From: Candidatus Dietzia intestinigallinarum
GTDB taxonomy: Bacteria > Actinomycetota > Actinomycetes > Mycobacteriales > Mycobacteriaceae
DNA: 64,000 nucleotides
Direction: 5' to 3'
Assembly: GCA_019119875.1 (NCBI GenBank)
Contig: DWWG01000012.1
Location: 25,214 to 89,213, forward strand
The translations under genes were made by a program, and so were the position numbers. Shown here piece after piece: positions 17,740-27,127 of this stretch (the first letter of the stretch is position 1; each line of letters begins with the position of its first letter). Under the pieces are notes generated by a model. The model saw only the letters and a list, made by a program, of their open reading frames with translations, did no database searches and was not told where the DNA came from.

Positions 17740-18636
17740 ATGACTGGTACGCACGCGCACTCCCCCTCGGGGGACGGTCCCGGCACGGCTGAGCTCTCCA
17801 CGCCCGCCCCCGTGTCGTCGGTCACCGGCCCGGCGTCGCCCTCCCGCGGTGTGCGGTTCCGGAACCGCGGCGCCGTTTCCGGATCGAGCCCGGTGGCCCG
17901 ATGGGGTGCAGGTCTACTCGGTCTGCTGCTCGGGCTCGGGGTGTGGGCTGTGCTGACGTCCGGACTGGTGACCGACGACCCGGTCATCACCGGGATGTCG
18001 CCCGTGAAGACCTGGTCGGGGTTCGCTGATCTCCTCGACCGCGGGGTCCTGCTCTCGGATGCGGCGGTGAGTCTCTACCGACTGGTGTCCGGGCTCGCGG
18101 TCGCCTCGCTGCTCGGGATCCCGCTCGGTCTCTGGCTCGGACTGCGCAGGCGCGCCGAGGCGGTGGCGGGCCCCCTCGTTCAGTTTCTGCGGATGGTCTC
18201 CCCGCTGTCGTGGGCCCCCGTGGCGATCGCGGTGTTCGGTATCGGCAGCGAGCCGGTGATCTTCCTCGTGGCGGCAGCCGCGGTCTGGCCGATCATGCTC
18301 TCGACCTCGTCCGGCGTGCACGCGGTGGATCCGGGCTTTCTCGACGTGGCCCGGACCATGGGGGCGAACGGCTGGGAGCGACTGACCCGGGCCGTGATCC
18401 CCGCGGTGCGGCCCTCGATCCTCGGCGGCATCCGGCTGGCGCTCGGCACCGCCTGGATCGTGCTGGTGCCCGCCGAGATGCTCGGCGTGCGGTCGGGACT
18501 CGGATATCAGATCCTCAACGCCCGCGACCAGCTCGCATACGACCAGGTGATGGCGGTGATCCTCGTGATCGGCGTGCTCGGGTTCGCGCTCGATTCACTG
18601 TCCCGACTGCTGCTTCGCGGCGGCGCCGCGCGGTGA
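17740..18636 (+). CDS. NitT/TauT-family ABC permease
   Basis: SPLSWAPVAI, EAA-type loop ARTMGA, WIVLVPAEMLG. Confidence 0.92.
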   Translation: MTGTHAHSPSGDGPGTAELSTPAPVSSVTGPASPSRGVRFRNRGAVSGSSPVARWGAGLLGLLLGLGVWAVLTSGLVTDDPVITGMSPVKTWSGFADLLDRGVLLSDAAVSLYRLVSGLAVASLLGIPLGLWLGLRRRAEAVAGPLVQFLRMVSPLSWAPVAIAVFGIGSEPVIFLVAAAAVWPIMLSTSSGVHAVDPGFLDVARTMGANGWERLTRAVIPAVRPSILGGIRLALGTAWIVLVPAEMLGVRSGLGYQILNARDQLAYDQVMAVILVIGVLGFALDSLSRLLLRGGAAR

Positions 18637-18707
18637 GTGCGCCACGCGGCCGCGACCGTCGAGGGTCGTCTCCGCGGGGCCCCTCCCTCGCACGTCCCTC
18701 TACGTGC

Positions 18708-18983
18708 TCAGTGGTCGCGCAGGGCCTTGATCAACTCGTCCTTGTTCATCGAGGAGCGGCCCTCGATATCCAACTCGCGGGCGCGCTCGTGCAGCTCGTC
18801 CACGGTCCAGTCCTCGTAGGACCCGGCCTTGCCGCCGCGGTGGCCGACCTCGGACCGGGACTCGTTGGCCGAGGCGTTGGCGATGCGTGCGGCCTTCTCC
18901 TTGCTCGCGCCGTCATCACGCAGCGCCTCGTAGACCTCCTCGTCCTTCACACTCGATGACTGCTGGTCGGACTCCTCGGGCAT
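18708..18983 (-). CDS. small protein with C-terminal Rho-termination-factor N-terminal-like domain
   Basis: RBS AAGGAGG; YEALRDDGASKEKAARIANA and WTVDELHERARELDIEGRSSMNKDELIKAL. Confidence 0.82.
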   Translation of the reverse strand: MPEESDQQSSSVKDEEVYEALRDDGASKEKAARIANASANESRSEVGHRGGKAGSYEDWTVDELHERARELDIEGRSSMNKDELIKALRDH

Positions 18984-19098
18984 GGCGTCCTCCTTCTCGT
19001 CGCGCCGTGCTGGTGGACATCCTCGGGTCTATCAGGACTGCCGCGGCCGGGCCACCGGTCGTACGCGGGCGGCCGGAGAGCCGACCCGGATCGAGGTC

Positions 19099-19581
19099 TC
19101 AGGTCCGCCGCAGCACCGAACGCAGGTGGTGGGTCATGAGTTGGCCGACCGCGGCCATGGCGAACGTGGTGGTGACCGCGTCGCCGGTGAACTCATAGCG
19201 CCGGTGCGTGGAGCTGACCTGCTTGGCGGTGGCGCTGTTGAGCAGACTGGCGTGGAACTCGAGCACCACCGTGTCGCCGTCGGCGTGCACGGTGCCCTCG
19301 CACAGTTCGGTCTGACCGGTGGGCTGGGCCAGCACGAACTCGGCGGTCCCGTCTCCGGGGATGCGCAGGTACCCGGTCTCGGTGTGCATGGGTGCCCCCG
19401 ACGGACCGCGGGTCTTCTGGACGTAGTGCAGGAACGGCTTGCCGACGTCGGTGAAGGTGATCTCCTCGCTGTAGGAGAAGTCGTCGATCGTCGGGTAGGA
19501 GCCCGCGCCCTCGCCCCTCCAGGTGCCGAGAAGCGACGCCACGGGGGCTAGATTGGGGGCGAGATCGGCAGGGGTGTCCAT
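19099..19581 (-). CDS. nitrobindin / FABP-like (DUF1794) heme beta-barrel protein
   Basis: LLGTWRGEGAGSYPTI, PMHTETGYLR, HLRSVL with heme-ligand His. Confidence 0.88.
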   Translation of the reverse strand: MDTPADLAPNLAPVASLLGTWRGEGAGSYPTIDDFSYSEEITFTDVGKPFLHYVQKTRGPSGAPMHTETGYLRIPGDGTAEFVLAQPTGQTELCEGTVHADGDTVVLEFHASLLNSATAKQVSSTHRRYEFTGDAVTTTFAMAAVGQLMTHHLRSVLRRT

Positions 19582-19630
19582 GTCCTCGACAGTAGGCGAC
19601 CCTCCTCCCGCTCACAGTCGGACCGTGGAC

Positions 19631-20158
19631 TCACCCGTCCCAGACGGGTTCACCGGCGTCGTCGAGGCGCAGTCCCTCGCTCGGAGTGTGCGCGGTGATC
19701 CGCCCCGAGTGCATGAGGTGTCCCACGGGCAGGTCGTGGACCGTCGCCACGACGTCCGCGACGATCCGGCGGTGGCAGCGCCACCACACCGACTCCGAGC
19801 ACATCACCGCCGTGCGGCGTCGCCGCGCGTCGGTGACGACACGCCCGAGAGCGGCCCGGAACGCCGGGTCGCGGGTCCACGCGCTGTACGCGCGGAACGC
19901 CTCGACCCGCCACCACGTGTCGGGGGAGGCGCGGCGCCCGGCGGCGTCGAGGGTTCGCCGGCCGCCGAGGTCCTCCTCCCACCGGTAGTCGATCCCGGCG
20001 CCACGGGTGAGCTCGGGTACGGCGCCGCGGGAAGCGGCGGCGTTGGTGCTGCTGCCCGGGAAGCGCCGGATGTCCACCAGGAGTTCGACCCCGGCCCCGG
20101 TGAGCAGCGTGGCCAGCTGTTCGCGGTCCAGGCGCCCGTGTCCGACGGTGAGCAACAT
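19631..20158 (-). CDS. DUF488-family protein
   Basis: LTVGHG, LVDIRRFPGS, LGGRR, MCSESVWWRCHRRIVAD; TGATG coupling with upstream gene. Confidence 0.9.
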   Translation of the reverse strand: MLLTVGHGRLDREQLATLLTGAGVELLVDIRRFPGSSTNAAASRGAVPELTRGAGIDYRWEEDLGGRRTLDAAGRRASPDTWWRVEAFRAYSAWTRDPAFRAALGRVVTDARRRRTAVMCSESVWWRCHRRIVADVVATVHDLPVGHLMHSGRITAHTPSEGLRLDDAGEPVWDG

Positions 20159-21117
20159 CAGAGCGTGGCACCGTTCCGGCCGTGGGCGTCCTCGCGGCGG
20201 TCGCGGCCCGGGAGGAGACGGGTGGCGGCGACGATCACCCCGCCCACGATCAGGCCGGAGAGCGCCGCGCACACGGTGCTGACGAGCCACCCCAGGATCG
20301 CGCCGACACCGGGGACGCCGGCGGCGGGGTCGGCCAGAAGGTGGACCAGGTGGTACGGGGCGGTGATCCCGAGCTCGTCGAGACCCACCAGGAGGATGTG
20401 TCCGCCGACCCAGAGCATGGCGAGCATCCCGACGAACCCGATCACCTCCAGAACGGTGGGCATGGACCTGACGAGTCGGTGGCCGAACCCGGCGACGCCG
20501 GGGGACTCCCGTCCGGCGAGGTGGAGTCCGACATCGTCCATCTTCACGATCACGGCCACCACGCCGTAGACGAGCGCGGTGATCCCCAGGCCGACCGCCA
20601 CGAGAATGATCGCCCGCGACCAGAACGACTCACCGGCGACCTCGTTGAGCGCGATCACCATGATCTCGGCGCTGAGGATGAAGTCGGTCGTGACGGCGCT
20701 GCGGACCAGCTTCGTCTCGGCCTCTGGCCCCTCGTCGAGAACCGGGGTGTGGGCCTCGTGCGTCCCGGTGCCCCGCTCCCAGACCTTCTCCGCGCCCTCG
20801 TAGGCCAGGTACAGGCCACCGCACATGAGGATCGGGGTGAGAAGCCACGGCACGAACTGGCTGAGCAGGAGGGCGAAGACGATGATGATCGCCTTGTTGC
20901 CGAGTGAGCCGGTCGCGATCCGGCGGATGATCGGCAGTTCCCGGGAGGGCTCGACTCCCCGGACGTACTGCGGCGTCACCGCGGCGTCGTCCACCACCAC
21001 ACCCGCGGCCTTGATCGACGCACGCCCGGCGGCGGCCCCCACGTCGTCGACACCTGCCGCGGCCATCCGTGCGAGTACCGCCACATCGTCGAGCAGCGCT
21101 GCCAGTCCTCCGGCCAT
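20158..21117 (-). CDS. DUF808 (YedI-like) inner membrane protein
   Basis: MAGGLAALLDDVA, KAAGVVVDDAAVTP, TDFILSAEIMVIAL. Confidence 0.92.
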   Translation of the reverse strand: MAGGLAALLDDVAVLARMAAAGVDDVGAAAGRASIKAAGVVVDDAAVTPQYVRGVEPSRELPIIRRIATGSLGNKAIIIVFALLLSQFVPWLLTPILMCGGLYLAYEGAEKVWERGTGTHEAHTPVLDEGPEAETKLVRSAVTTDFILSAEIMVIALNEVAGESFWSRAIILVAVGLGITALVYGVVAVIVKMDDVGLHLAGRESPGVAGFGHRLVRSMPTVLEVIGFVGMLAMLWVGGHILLVGLDELGITAPYHLVHLLADPAAGVPGVGAILGWLVSTVCAALSGLIVGGVIVAATRLLPGRDRREDAHGRNGATL

Positions 21118-21296
21118 CGTGTCCTCACGTGGTGTGGGCGGGGTTCACCCGCGATGGTGTGCCCGGCCGGGTAGCGGTCGGACCGTCACAGGGTAACGCC
21201 GCGCAGCGACATGCGTCGCCGCCCACCTCGCGAAATGGGGTCGTGTGGGTCACCATGTCCCCGGCATCGCGGCCGGGCGCGGTATCGTCGCGCTCG

Positions 21297-22034
21297 ATGA
21301 CTACGCCTTATCCGGTCTCGTTCCGCCGCCACCGCCTCCGGGGGGTGGTCGGGGTCGCCGGGGTCCTCGGGGCGCTGGTGGCGATCAACCTCACCGCCAA
21401 CCTCGCCGATCTCACCCACCGCGAGTGGGTCATCCCGATCTCGGTCCTCGCCCTCGTGGCCGTGGTCAAGGCGCGGGGTATGCACTGGTCGGAGCTCGGA
21501 TTGTCGCTGCGACACATGCCGCGCGGCCTGGCGTACGGTGTGGTCGCCACGGTCGGTGTGGCCGCAGTGGTCACCGCCGGCTGCCTGATCCCGGCCACGA
21601 GTCCGTTCTTCCTGTCCGAGCGCTACTCCGATCTGCGGATGGCGGTGTTCTCCGCTCTCGTGTTGATCCCGCTCATGACCGTCCTGCCGGAGGAGTTCGC
21701 GTTCCGCGGGGTGCTGCAGGGTGCACTCGAGCGGGCCTTCGGTACGACCGGCGTCTTCGTGGTGGGGTCACTGGCGTTCGGGCTGTGGCACGTCACCACG
21801 TCACTGGGGCTGACCGCGGGCAACGCCGGGCTGTCGGAGCTGCTGGGCACCGGTCTGATCGGTCAGCTGGCCGGGATCGGCCTCGCGGTGGTCGCGACGT
21901 CGGCGGCCGGCGCCGGCTTCATCTGGTTCCGCCGTCGAAGCCGGAGCCTGCTGGCGCCGATCGGCCTGCACTGGGCGTTCAACGCCGTGGGTGCGCTGGC
22001 GGCGGCGCTCACGTGGCGCGCAGTGGCAGGCTGA
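21297..22034 (+). CDS. CPBP-family (Abi/CAAX) intramembrane metalloprotease
   Basis: EEFAFRG, FGLWH and H..FN motifs; start uncertain (21255 or 21297). Confidence 0.88.
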   Translation: MTTPYPVSFRRHRLRGVVGVAGVLGALVAINLTANLADLTHREWVIPISVLALVAVVKARGMHWSELGLSLRHMPRGLAYGVVATVGVAAVVTAGCLIPATSPFFLSERYSDLRMAVFSALVLIPLMTVLPEEFAFRGVLQGALERAFGTTGVFVVGSLAFGLWHVTTSLGLTAGNAGLSELLGTGLIGQLAGIGLAVVATSAAGAGFIWFRRRSRSLLAPIGLHWAFNAVGALAAALTWRAVAG

Positions 22035-23274
22035 ACACCCCTCGCACCGCGCCCAGCACGATCGCGGCGCACGTGCCCATCACCAGCAGCATCGGGATCG
22101 CCGAGTGCGGGCCGGCCAGGCCGGTCAGCGGCGAGACCACGGCGGCCAGGCCGAACTGGGCGGCGCCGAGCAGTGCCGATCCGGATCCGGAGCGGCCCCG
22201 GGTGGCCTGCATGGACAGTGCCGCGGCGTTGGGCATGGCCAGTCCGACGGAGAGGGTGAGAAGGACGAACCCCACGGTGACGGGGGCCAGTGCCAGCGTC
22301 CCGGCGGGGGACAGGGCGACGACGACGAGGTAGACGATCGCGGACACCATTCCCGTCATCCCGGTCAGCAGGAGTTTCTCGGGCGCGAACCTGCCGACCA
22401 GCCGCGCACCCGCCAGTGACGACGCCAGGATGCCGAGGGCGTTGACGGTGAACGCCACCGCGTAGGCGCTCGGGGACAGTCCCACCATGTCCTGATAGAC
22501 GAACGGACTGGCCGAGATATAGGAGAAGAGCACGCCGAACGTGAAGACGAAGGCGGTCACCCGGGCCGCGAACGGTCCGTAGGAGGCCACCGCGCGCATG
22601 TCGGCCAGCGTCGACCGCAGGCCCCCGCCCCGGCGGTCGCCGATCGGCAGCGACTCCGGCACGGCGGCGATCACACCCACGAGGGTGACCGCGGACAGGG
22701 CGGCGAGCAGCCAGAACACACCACGCCAGCCGCCGAACGGCACCACCGCACCACCGAACAACGGGGCGATCACCGGGGCGACCGACTGGATGGCCATCAG
22801 GGTGGCGAACGCCTTGGCCACGCCGGGGCCCCGGCCAACGTCCACCACGATGGCCTTGCCGAGCACGATCCCGGCGGCGCCGAAGAACCCCTGGGCGACC
22901 CGGGCGAGGACCAGCACCCAGATCGACGGGGCCAGCGCGCACGCCACCGCCGCGGCCATGGTGCCGACCGATCCCGCGATGAGCAGACCGCGCCGCCCCA
23001 GGCGGTCCGAGAGCGGACCGATCACCAGCTGCCCCACGGCGAGGGCCACCATGAAGGCGGTGAGCGTGAGCTGCGCGGTCGAGGCCGAGACCTCGAACTC
23101 GTCGACGATCAGCGGCAGCGCGGGAAGATAGGTGTCGGTGGCGAACGGGCCGATCGCGCCGCTCAGCGCCAGGGCGACCAGCATCGTGCCGGGCACCGTG
23201 CGGGAGGCGGCCGGGTCGAGGGGCGGTTCGGAAGCGGGAGCCGGTCTAGAGCCGGGGGAGGGGGTCGAGGTCAC
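22009..23274 (-). CDS. Bcr/CflA-family multidrug efflux MFS transporter
   Basis: PFATDTYLPALP, GPLSDRLGRR; 12 TM; start approximate. Confidence 0.9.
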   Translation of the reverse strand: MTSTPSPGSRPAPASEPPLDPAASRTVPGTMLVALALSGAIGPFATDTYLPALPLIVDEFEVSASTAQLTLTAFMVALAVGQLVIGPLSDRLGRRGLLIAGSVGTMAAAVACALAPSIWVLVLARVAQGFFGAAGIVLGKAIVVDVGRGPGVAKAFATLMAIQSVAPVIAPLFGGAVVPFGGWRGVFWLLAALSAVTLVGVIAAVPESLPIGDRRGGGLRSTLADMRAVASYGPFAARVTAFVFTFGVLFSYISASPFVYQDMVGLSPSAYAVAFTVNALGILASSLAGARLVGRFAPEKLLLTGMTGMVSAIVYLVVVALSPAGTLALAPVTVGFVLLTLSVGLAMPNAAALSMQATRGRSGSGSALLGAAQFGLAAVVSPLTGLAGPHSAIPMLLVMGTCAAIVLGAVRGVFSLPLRAT

Positions 23275-23377
23275 GAGGGGGCACGTTACCGCCGCCGCGC
23301 CTGCTCGAGGACGCGGCACCAACCCGAAGTCACCCCCGTCGCCGCGGTCTCGCCCCTGCGGACCGCCCGGCCGGGGA

Positions 23378-23881
23378 TCAGTTCAGCTCCACCTCGGCCA
23401 CGCCGTCGAGGTAAGTGATCACGCCACCGTCGAACGTCGAGATCCAGCCGCCGTCCGTGCTGGCCTCGTCGGCGGTGGGAAAGCCGAGATCTCCGGCAGG
23501 GCCCCCGGCGTCGAGATAGGCCGTCAATATCTCGCCCTGTACGACGAAGACCCGGCCGGCCGGCGTGAGGACGAGCGCGCCCCGTTCGAACTGCGTGATC
23601 GAGCCACCGTCGACGTCCTCCGCCGGGCCGGTCGCCGCCCCCAGATCCCCTTCCAGGCCGCCGAGCTGGTGCCAGCGTTCGGCGATGGCCGAGGCGAGAT
23701 CGAACTCGGAGTCCGCCGGGCCGGGGACGGCGACCGAGGTCGTCGTCGTCATCTCCTCCACCGTCGTGGGCGCGGCGGTGTCGCCGGAGGTCCCGTCCCC
23801 ACCGGAGGCGCACGCGGCCATCCCCACACCGGTGAGGGCCGTGACGGCGACAGTGGCGAGGGTGCGCGTGATCCTGGACAT
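23378..23881 (-). CDS. lipoprotein with LGFP repeats (paralog 2)
   Basis: Lipobox MAAC, Thr-rich linker, repeats LGAATG and LGFPTADE. Confidence 0.85.
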   Translation of the reverse strand: MSRITRTLATVAVTALTGVGMAACASGGDGTSGDTAAPTTVEEMTTTTSVAVPGPADSEFDLASAIAERWHQLGGLEGDLGAATGPAEDVDGGSITQFERGALVLTPAGRVFVVQGEILTAYLDAGGPAGDLGFPTADEASTDGGWISTFDGGVITYLDGVAEVELN

Positions 23882-24027
23882 GGCGAGTCCTTCCCTTCGA
23901 CTGGCCCGGTGGCCTCTCGCGTCGAGGATAGTACGTTCAGCGACAGGCGTCGGCCGGGCAGGCGCGTGGAGCTGCGGGCTCGCGGACGGCCTGCCCGGCC
24001 GGACGGTCATGTCGTCGGGGTGAGGCG

Positions 24028-24633
24028 TCAGCCCTGCTCGACGGTGGCCTCCTCGGTGGCGAGGTCGAAGGTGATCTCGCCGGAATCGAACGTCGAGATG
24101 AAGCCGTTCGCGGTCGGCGTCTCGTCAGTGGTCGGGAATCCGAGCTCTCCGGTGGGCCCACCGCCGGCGAGGTACTCCTGCAGGATCACGCCCTGGACGA
24201 GGTAGGCCTCGCCGTCCGGGTTCTGGATGAGCGTGCCACCCTCGAACTCGAGCATCTGACCGCCGCCGACCTCCTGGGTCTCACCGACCGGCGCGCCGAG
24301 GTGGCCGCTCGTGGCCTGGATCTCCTCGTACTTCTCGGCGATGCCGGCCGGGGCCGGGACCTCGGAGCCGTCCGAGAGAGCGATGGCGGTGGTCTCGCTG
24401 CCGTTCTGACCGGCCTCTGCCCCGTCGGCGTTCTCACCATCTCCGGCACCCGCCTCGGAACCGGACCCGGCGGTGTCGCCGGAGCCCGCGTCCCCGGCAC
24501 CCTCGGTCAGTCGGTCGACCTCGGTCGCGACGGCGTCGGTGGCGCTGTCCACGTCGACCCCGCCGTCCTCGGCGCCACAGGCCGACAGTGCCAGAAGCGT
24601 CGCCGCGGAGGCGGCGATGATGGTCTTGCGCAT
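24028..24633 (-). CDS. lipoprotein with LGFP repeats (paralog 1)
   Basis: RBS AAAGGA, lipobox LSAC, acidic Gly-rich linker, repeats LGAPVG and LGFPTTDE. Confidence 0.87.
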   Translation of the reverse strand: MRKTIIAASAATLLALSACGAEDGGVDVDSATDAVATEVDRLTEGAGDAGSGDTAGSGSEAGAGDGENADGAEAGQNGSETTAIALSDGSEVPAPAGIAEKYEEIQATSGHLGAPVGETQEVGGGQMLEFEGGTLIQNPDGEAYLVQGVILQEYLAGGGPTGELGFPTTDETPTANGFISTFDSGEITFDLATEEATVEQG

Positions 24634-24753
24634 CAGAATCCTTTCCGTTGCTCACGTCAGATGCTTACCGCAGCAACGGTATTCGCTGATGAGTAACAGA
24701 TGGGATCCTTGTGTATCACCATTTGATAAACGCGGTCTGACCTGGCTGTCCGA

Positions 24754-26451
24754 TCAGAGGCCGGGGCGCTTGCCGATCGTCAGCGTGACCTCACCGGTGT
24801 GGGCGAAGAAATCCTCGCCCTTGTCGTCCACCACGATGAACGCCGGGAAGTCCTCCACGTCGATCTTCCACACCGCCTCCATGCCGAGCTCCTCGTACTC
24901 GATGACCTCGACGTGCTTGATGCAGTCCTGGGCCAGGCGCGCGGCCGGCCCACCGATCGACCCCAGGTAGAAGCCGCCGTACCTGGCACAGGCGTCGGTC
25001 ACCTGCTTGGAGCGGTTGCCCTTGGCCAGCATCACCATCGATCCGCCGGCGGCCTGGAACTGTTCGACGTACGAATCCATACGGCCGGCGGTGGTGGGGC
25101 CGAACGAGCCCGACGGCATCCCCTCGGGGGTCTTGGCCGGCCCTGCGTAGTACACAGGGTGATCCCTGAGGTACTGCGGCATCTCCTCGCCGGCGTCGAG
25201 GCGCTCCTTGATCTTGGAGTGCGCGATGTCGCGGGCGACGACCAGCGGGCCGGTCAGCGACAGCCGGGTCTTGACCGGATGCTTGCTCAGTTCCGCCAGG
25301 ATCTCCGGCATCGGCTTGTTCAGGTCAATCTTCACCGCGGCGCCCTTGCCGGTGCCGGAGACACCGTCGGTGGCGGCGTCCAGCTCGGCGTCGGTGGTGG
25401 CGGGCAGGTACTGACCGGGGTTGAACTCGAGCTGCTCGAGGAACACGCCCTCCGGGGTGATCTTGGCCTTGGCCTGGCGGTCGGCGGAGCAGGAGACGGC
25501 GATCGCGACCGGCAGCGAGGCGCCGTGGCGGGGCAGCCGGATCACACGCACGTCGTGGCAGAAGTACTTGCCTCCGAACTGGGCACCGATGCCGATCTTC
25601 TGGGTGAGCTCGAAGACCTTCTCCTCGAGCTCCACGTCGCGGAAGCCGCGACCCGACATGGCGCCGGTGGTGGGCAGCTCGTCGAGATAGTGCGCGGAGG
25701 CGAGCTTGGCGGTCTTGACCGTGTACTCGGCGGAGGTGCCGCCCACGACGATCGCCAGGTGGTAGGGCGGGCATGCCGCGGTGCCGATCGAGCGGATCTT
25801 CTCCTCGATGAACTGCATCATCCGCTCGGGGTTCAGGATCGCCTTGGTCTCCTGGTACAGGAAGGACTTGTTGGCGGACCCGCCGCCCTTGGCCATGAAC
25901 AGGAATTTGTAGGAGTTCTCGTTGCCGGGTGTGGTGTCGGCACCGATCTCGATCTGTGCCGGGAGATTCGACCCGGTGTTCTTCTCGTCCCACATCGTCA
26001 GCGGGGCGTTCTGCGAGTACCGCAGGTTCAGGCGCGTGAACGCGTCGTAGACGCCGCGCGAGATGGTCTCCTCGTCCGGGCCCCGGGTCAGCACGTGCTG
26101 GCCGCGCTCGCCCTTGACGATCGCCGTGCCGGTGTCCTGGCACATCGGCAGGACGCCCCCGGCGGCGATGTTGGCGTTCTTGAGAAGATCCAGGGCGACG
26201 AACTTGTCGTTGTCACTGGCCTCGGGGTCCTCGAGGATGCGTGCGACCTGCTGCAGGTGGTCACTACGGAGGTAGTGGGAGATGTCGTGCATCGCGGTCT
26301 CGGTCAGCAGGCGGATCGCCTCGGGCTCCACACGCAGGAACGTCGTCCCGTCCGGGCCCTCCACCGTGGAGACGCCCTCGGTGGTCAGGAGGCGGTACTC
26401 CGTGGTGTCCTCCCCGACCGGGAGGAGGTCCTCATAGACGAACTCGGCCAT
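24754..26451 (-). CDS. fumA: class I (Fe-S) fumarate hydratase
   Basis: [39 protein letters not shown]. Confidence 0.95.
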   Translation of the reverse strand: MAEFVYEDLLPVGEDTTEYRLLTTEGVSTVEGPDGTTFLRVEPEAIRLLTETAMHDISHYLRSDHLQQVARILEDPEASDNDKFVALDLLKNANIAAGGVLPMCQDTGTAIVKGERGQHVLTRGPDEETISRGVYDAFTRLNLRYSQNAPLTMWDEKNTGSNLPAQIEIGADTTPGNENSYKFLFMAKGGGSANKSFLYQETKAILNPERMMQFIEEKIRSIGTAACPPYHLAIVVGGTSAEYTVKTAKLASAHYLDELPTTGAMSGRGFRDVELEEKVFELTQKIGIGAQFGGKYFCHDVRVIRLPRHGASLPVAIAVSCSADRQAKAKITPEGVFLEQLEFNPGQYLPATTDAELDAATDGVSGTGKGAAVKIDLNKPMPEILAELSKHPVKTRLSLTGPLVVARDIAHSKIKERLDAGEEMPQYLRDHPVYYAGPAKTPEGMPSGSFGPTTAGRMDSYVEQFQAAGGSMVMLAKGNRSKQVTDACARYGGFYLGSIGGPAARLAQDCIKHVEVIEYEELGMEAVWKIDVEDFPAFIVVDDKGEDFFAHTGEVTLTIGKRPGL

Positions 26452-26514
26452 TGACGCTCCTGGTTCTGTGAACGGATGAAACCGTCCTTCAGGATAAGCG
26501 CCGGAACGTGCAGG

Positions 26515-27090
26515 TCAGAATCGGGTGTGGACCAGGGGCACGAAGGAGTAGCCGCCGTGATCGGTGATCTCGGTCTCCGCACCGGTCCTGCGCACCCGGT
26601 GCATGGTGTCGGCCCAGGGTGCCACCAGGATCCCGCCGTCGCCGAGTTGGTCGATCAACGAGGTGGGTGGCCCTTCCGCCATCGCCGAGACGAGGATGCG
26701 GTCGAACGGCGCCTGGTCGGGGAGTCCGAGCACGTCGGGCACGGCCTGATGCACGCTGACCCAGGGTTGGTCTATCGCCTCGCGGGAGCGCTGGACCAGC
26801 TCCGGGATGCGCTCCACCGCGAAGATCCGCGAATCCGGCCCGCCGAGCTCCCCGAGGATGGCTGACGTCCACCCGCTGCCGGACCCCACGTCCAGGGCCC
26901 GCATCCCGGGGAAGGGCTCGAGGAGTTCGATCATCGCGGACACGGTCGAGGGCTGCGAGTTAGTCTGTCCGTACCCGATGGGCAGGGGTCGGTCGCGATC
27001 GTGGTCGTCCACGACCTCGGCGGGAAGGAAACGCCGACGGTCCTGTAACCGCATGGCCTCGGCGATCTCCCGCCGCCTCGTGCCTCGCAT
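26515..27090 (-). CDS. pcm: protein-L-isoaspartate O-methyltransferase family
   Basis: PLPIGYGQTNSQP, LDVGSGSGW, APFDRILVSA. Confidence 0.88.
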   Translation of the reverse strand: MRGTRRREIAEAMRLQDRRRFLPAEVVDDHDRDRPLPIGYGQTNSQPSTVSAMIELLEPFPGMRALDVGSGSGWTSAILGELGGPDSRIFAVERIPELVQRSREAIDQPWVSVHQAVPDVLGLPDQAPFDRILVSAMAEGPPTSLIDQLGDGGILVAPWADTMHRVRRTGAETEITDHGGYSFVPLVHTRF

Positions 27091-27127
27091 CGCCGACCTC
27101 CGTTCCGGGGATGGATTCGCCCCGAGC

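Noticed and set aside
24634-24753. Possible c-di-AMP (ydaO) or other known riboswitch before the LGFP genes
   Set aside because: Too short and lacks recognisable conserved elements; kept only as a generic leader hairpin.
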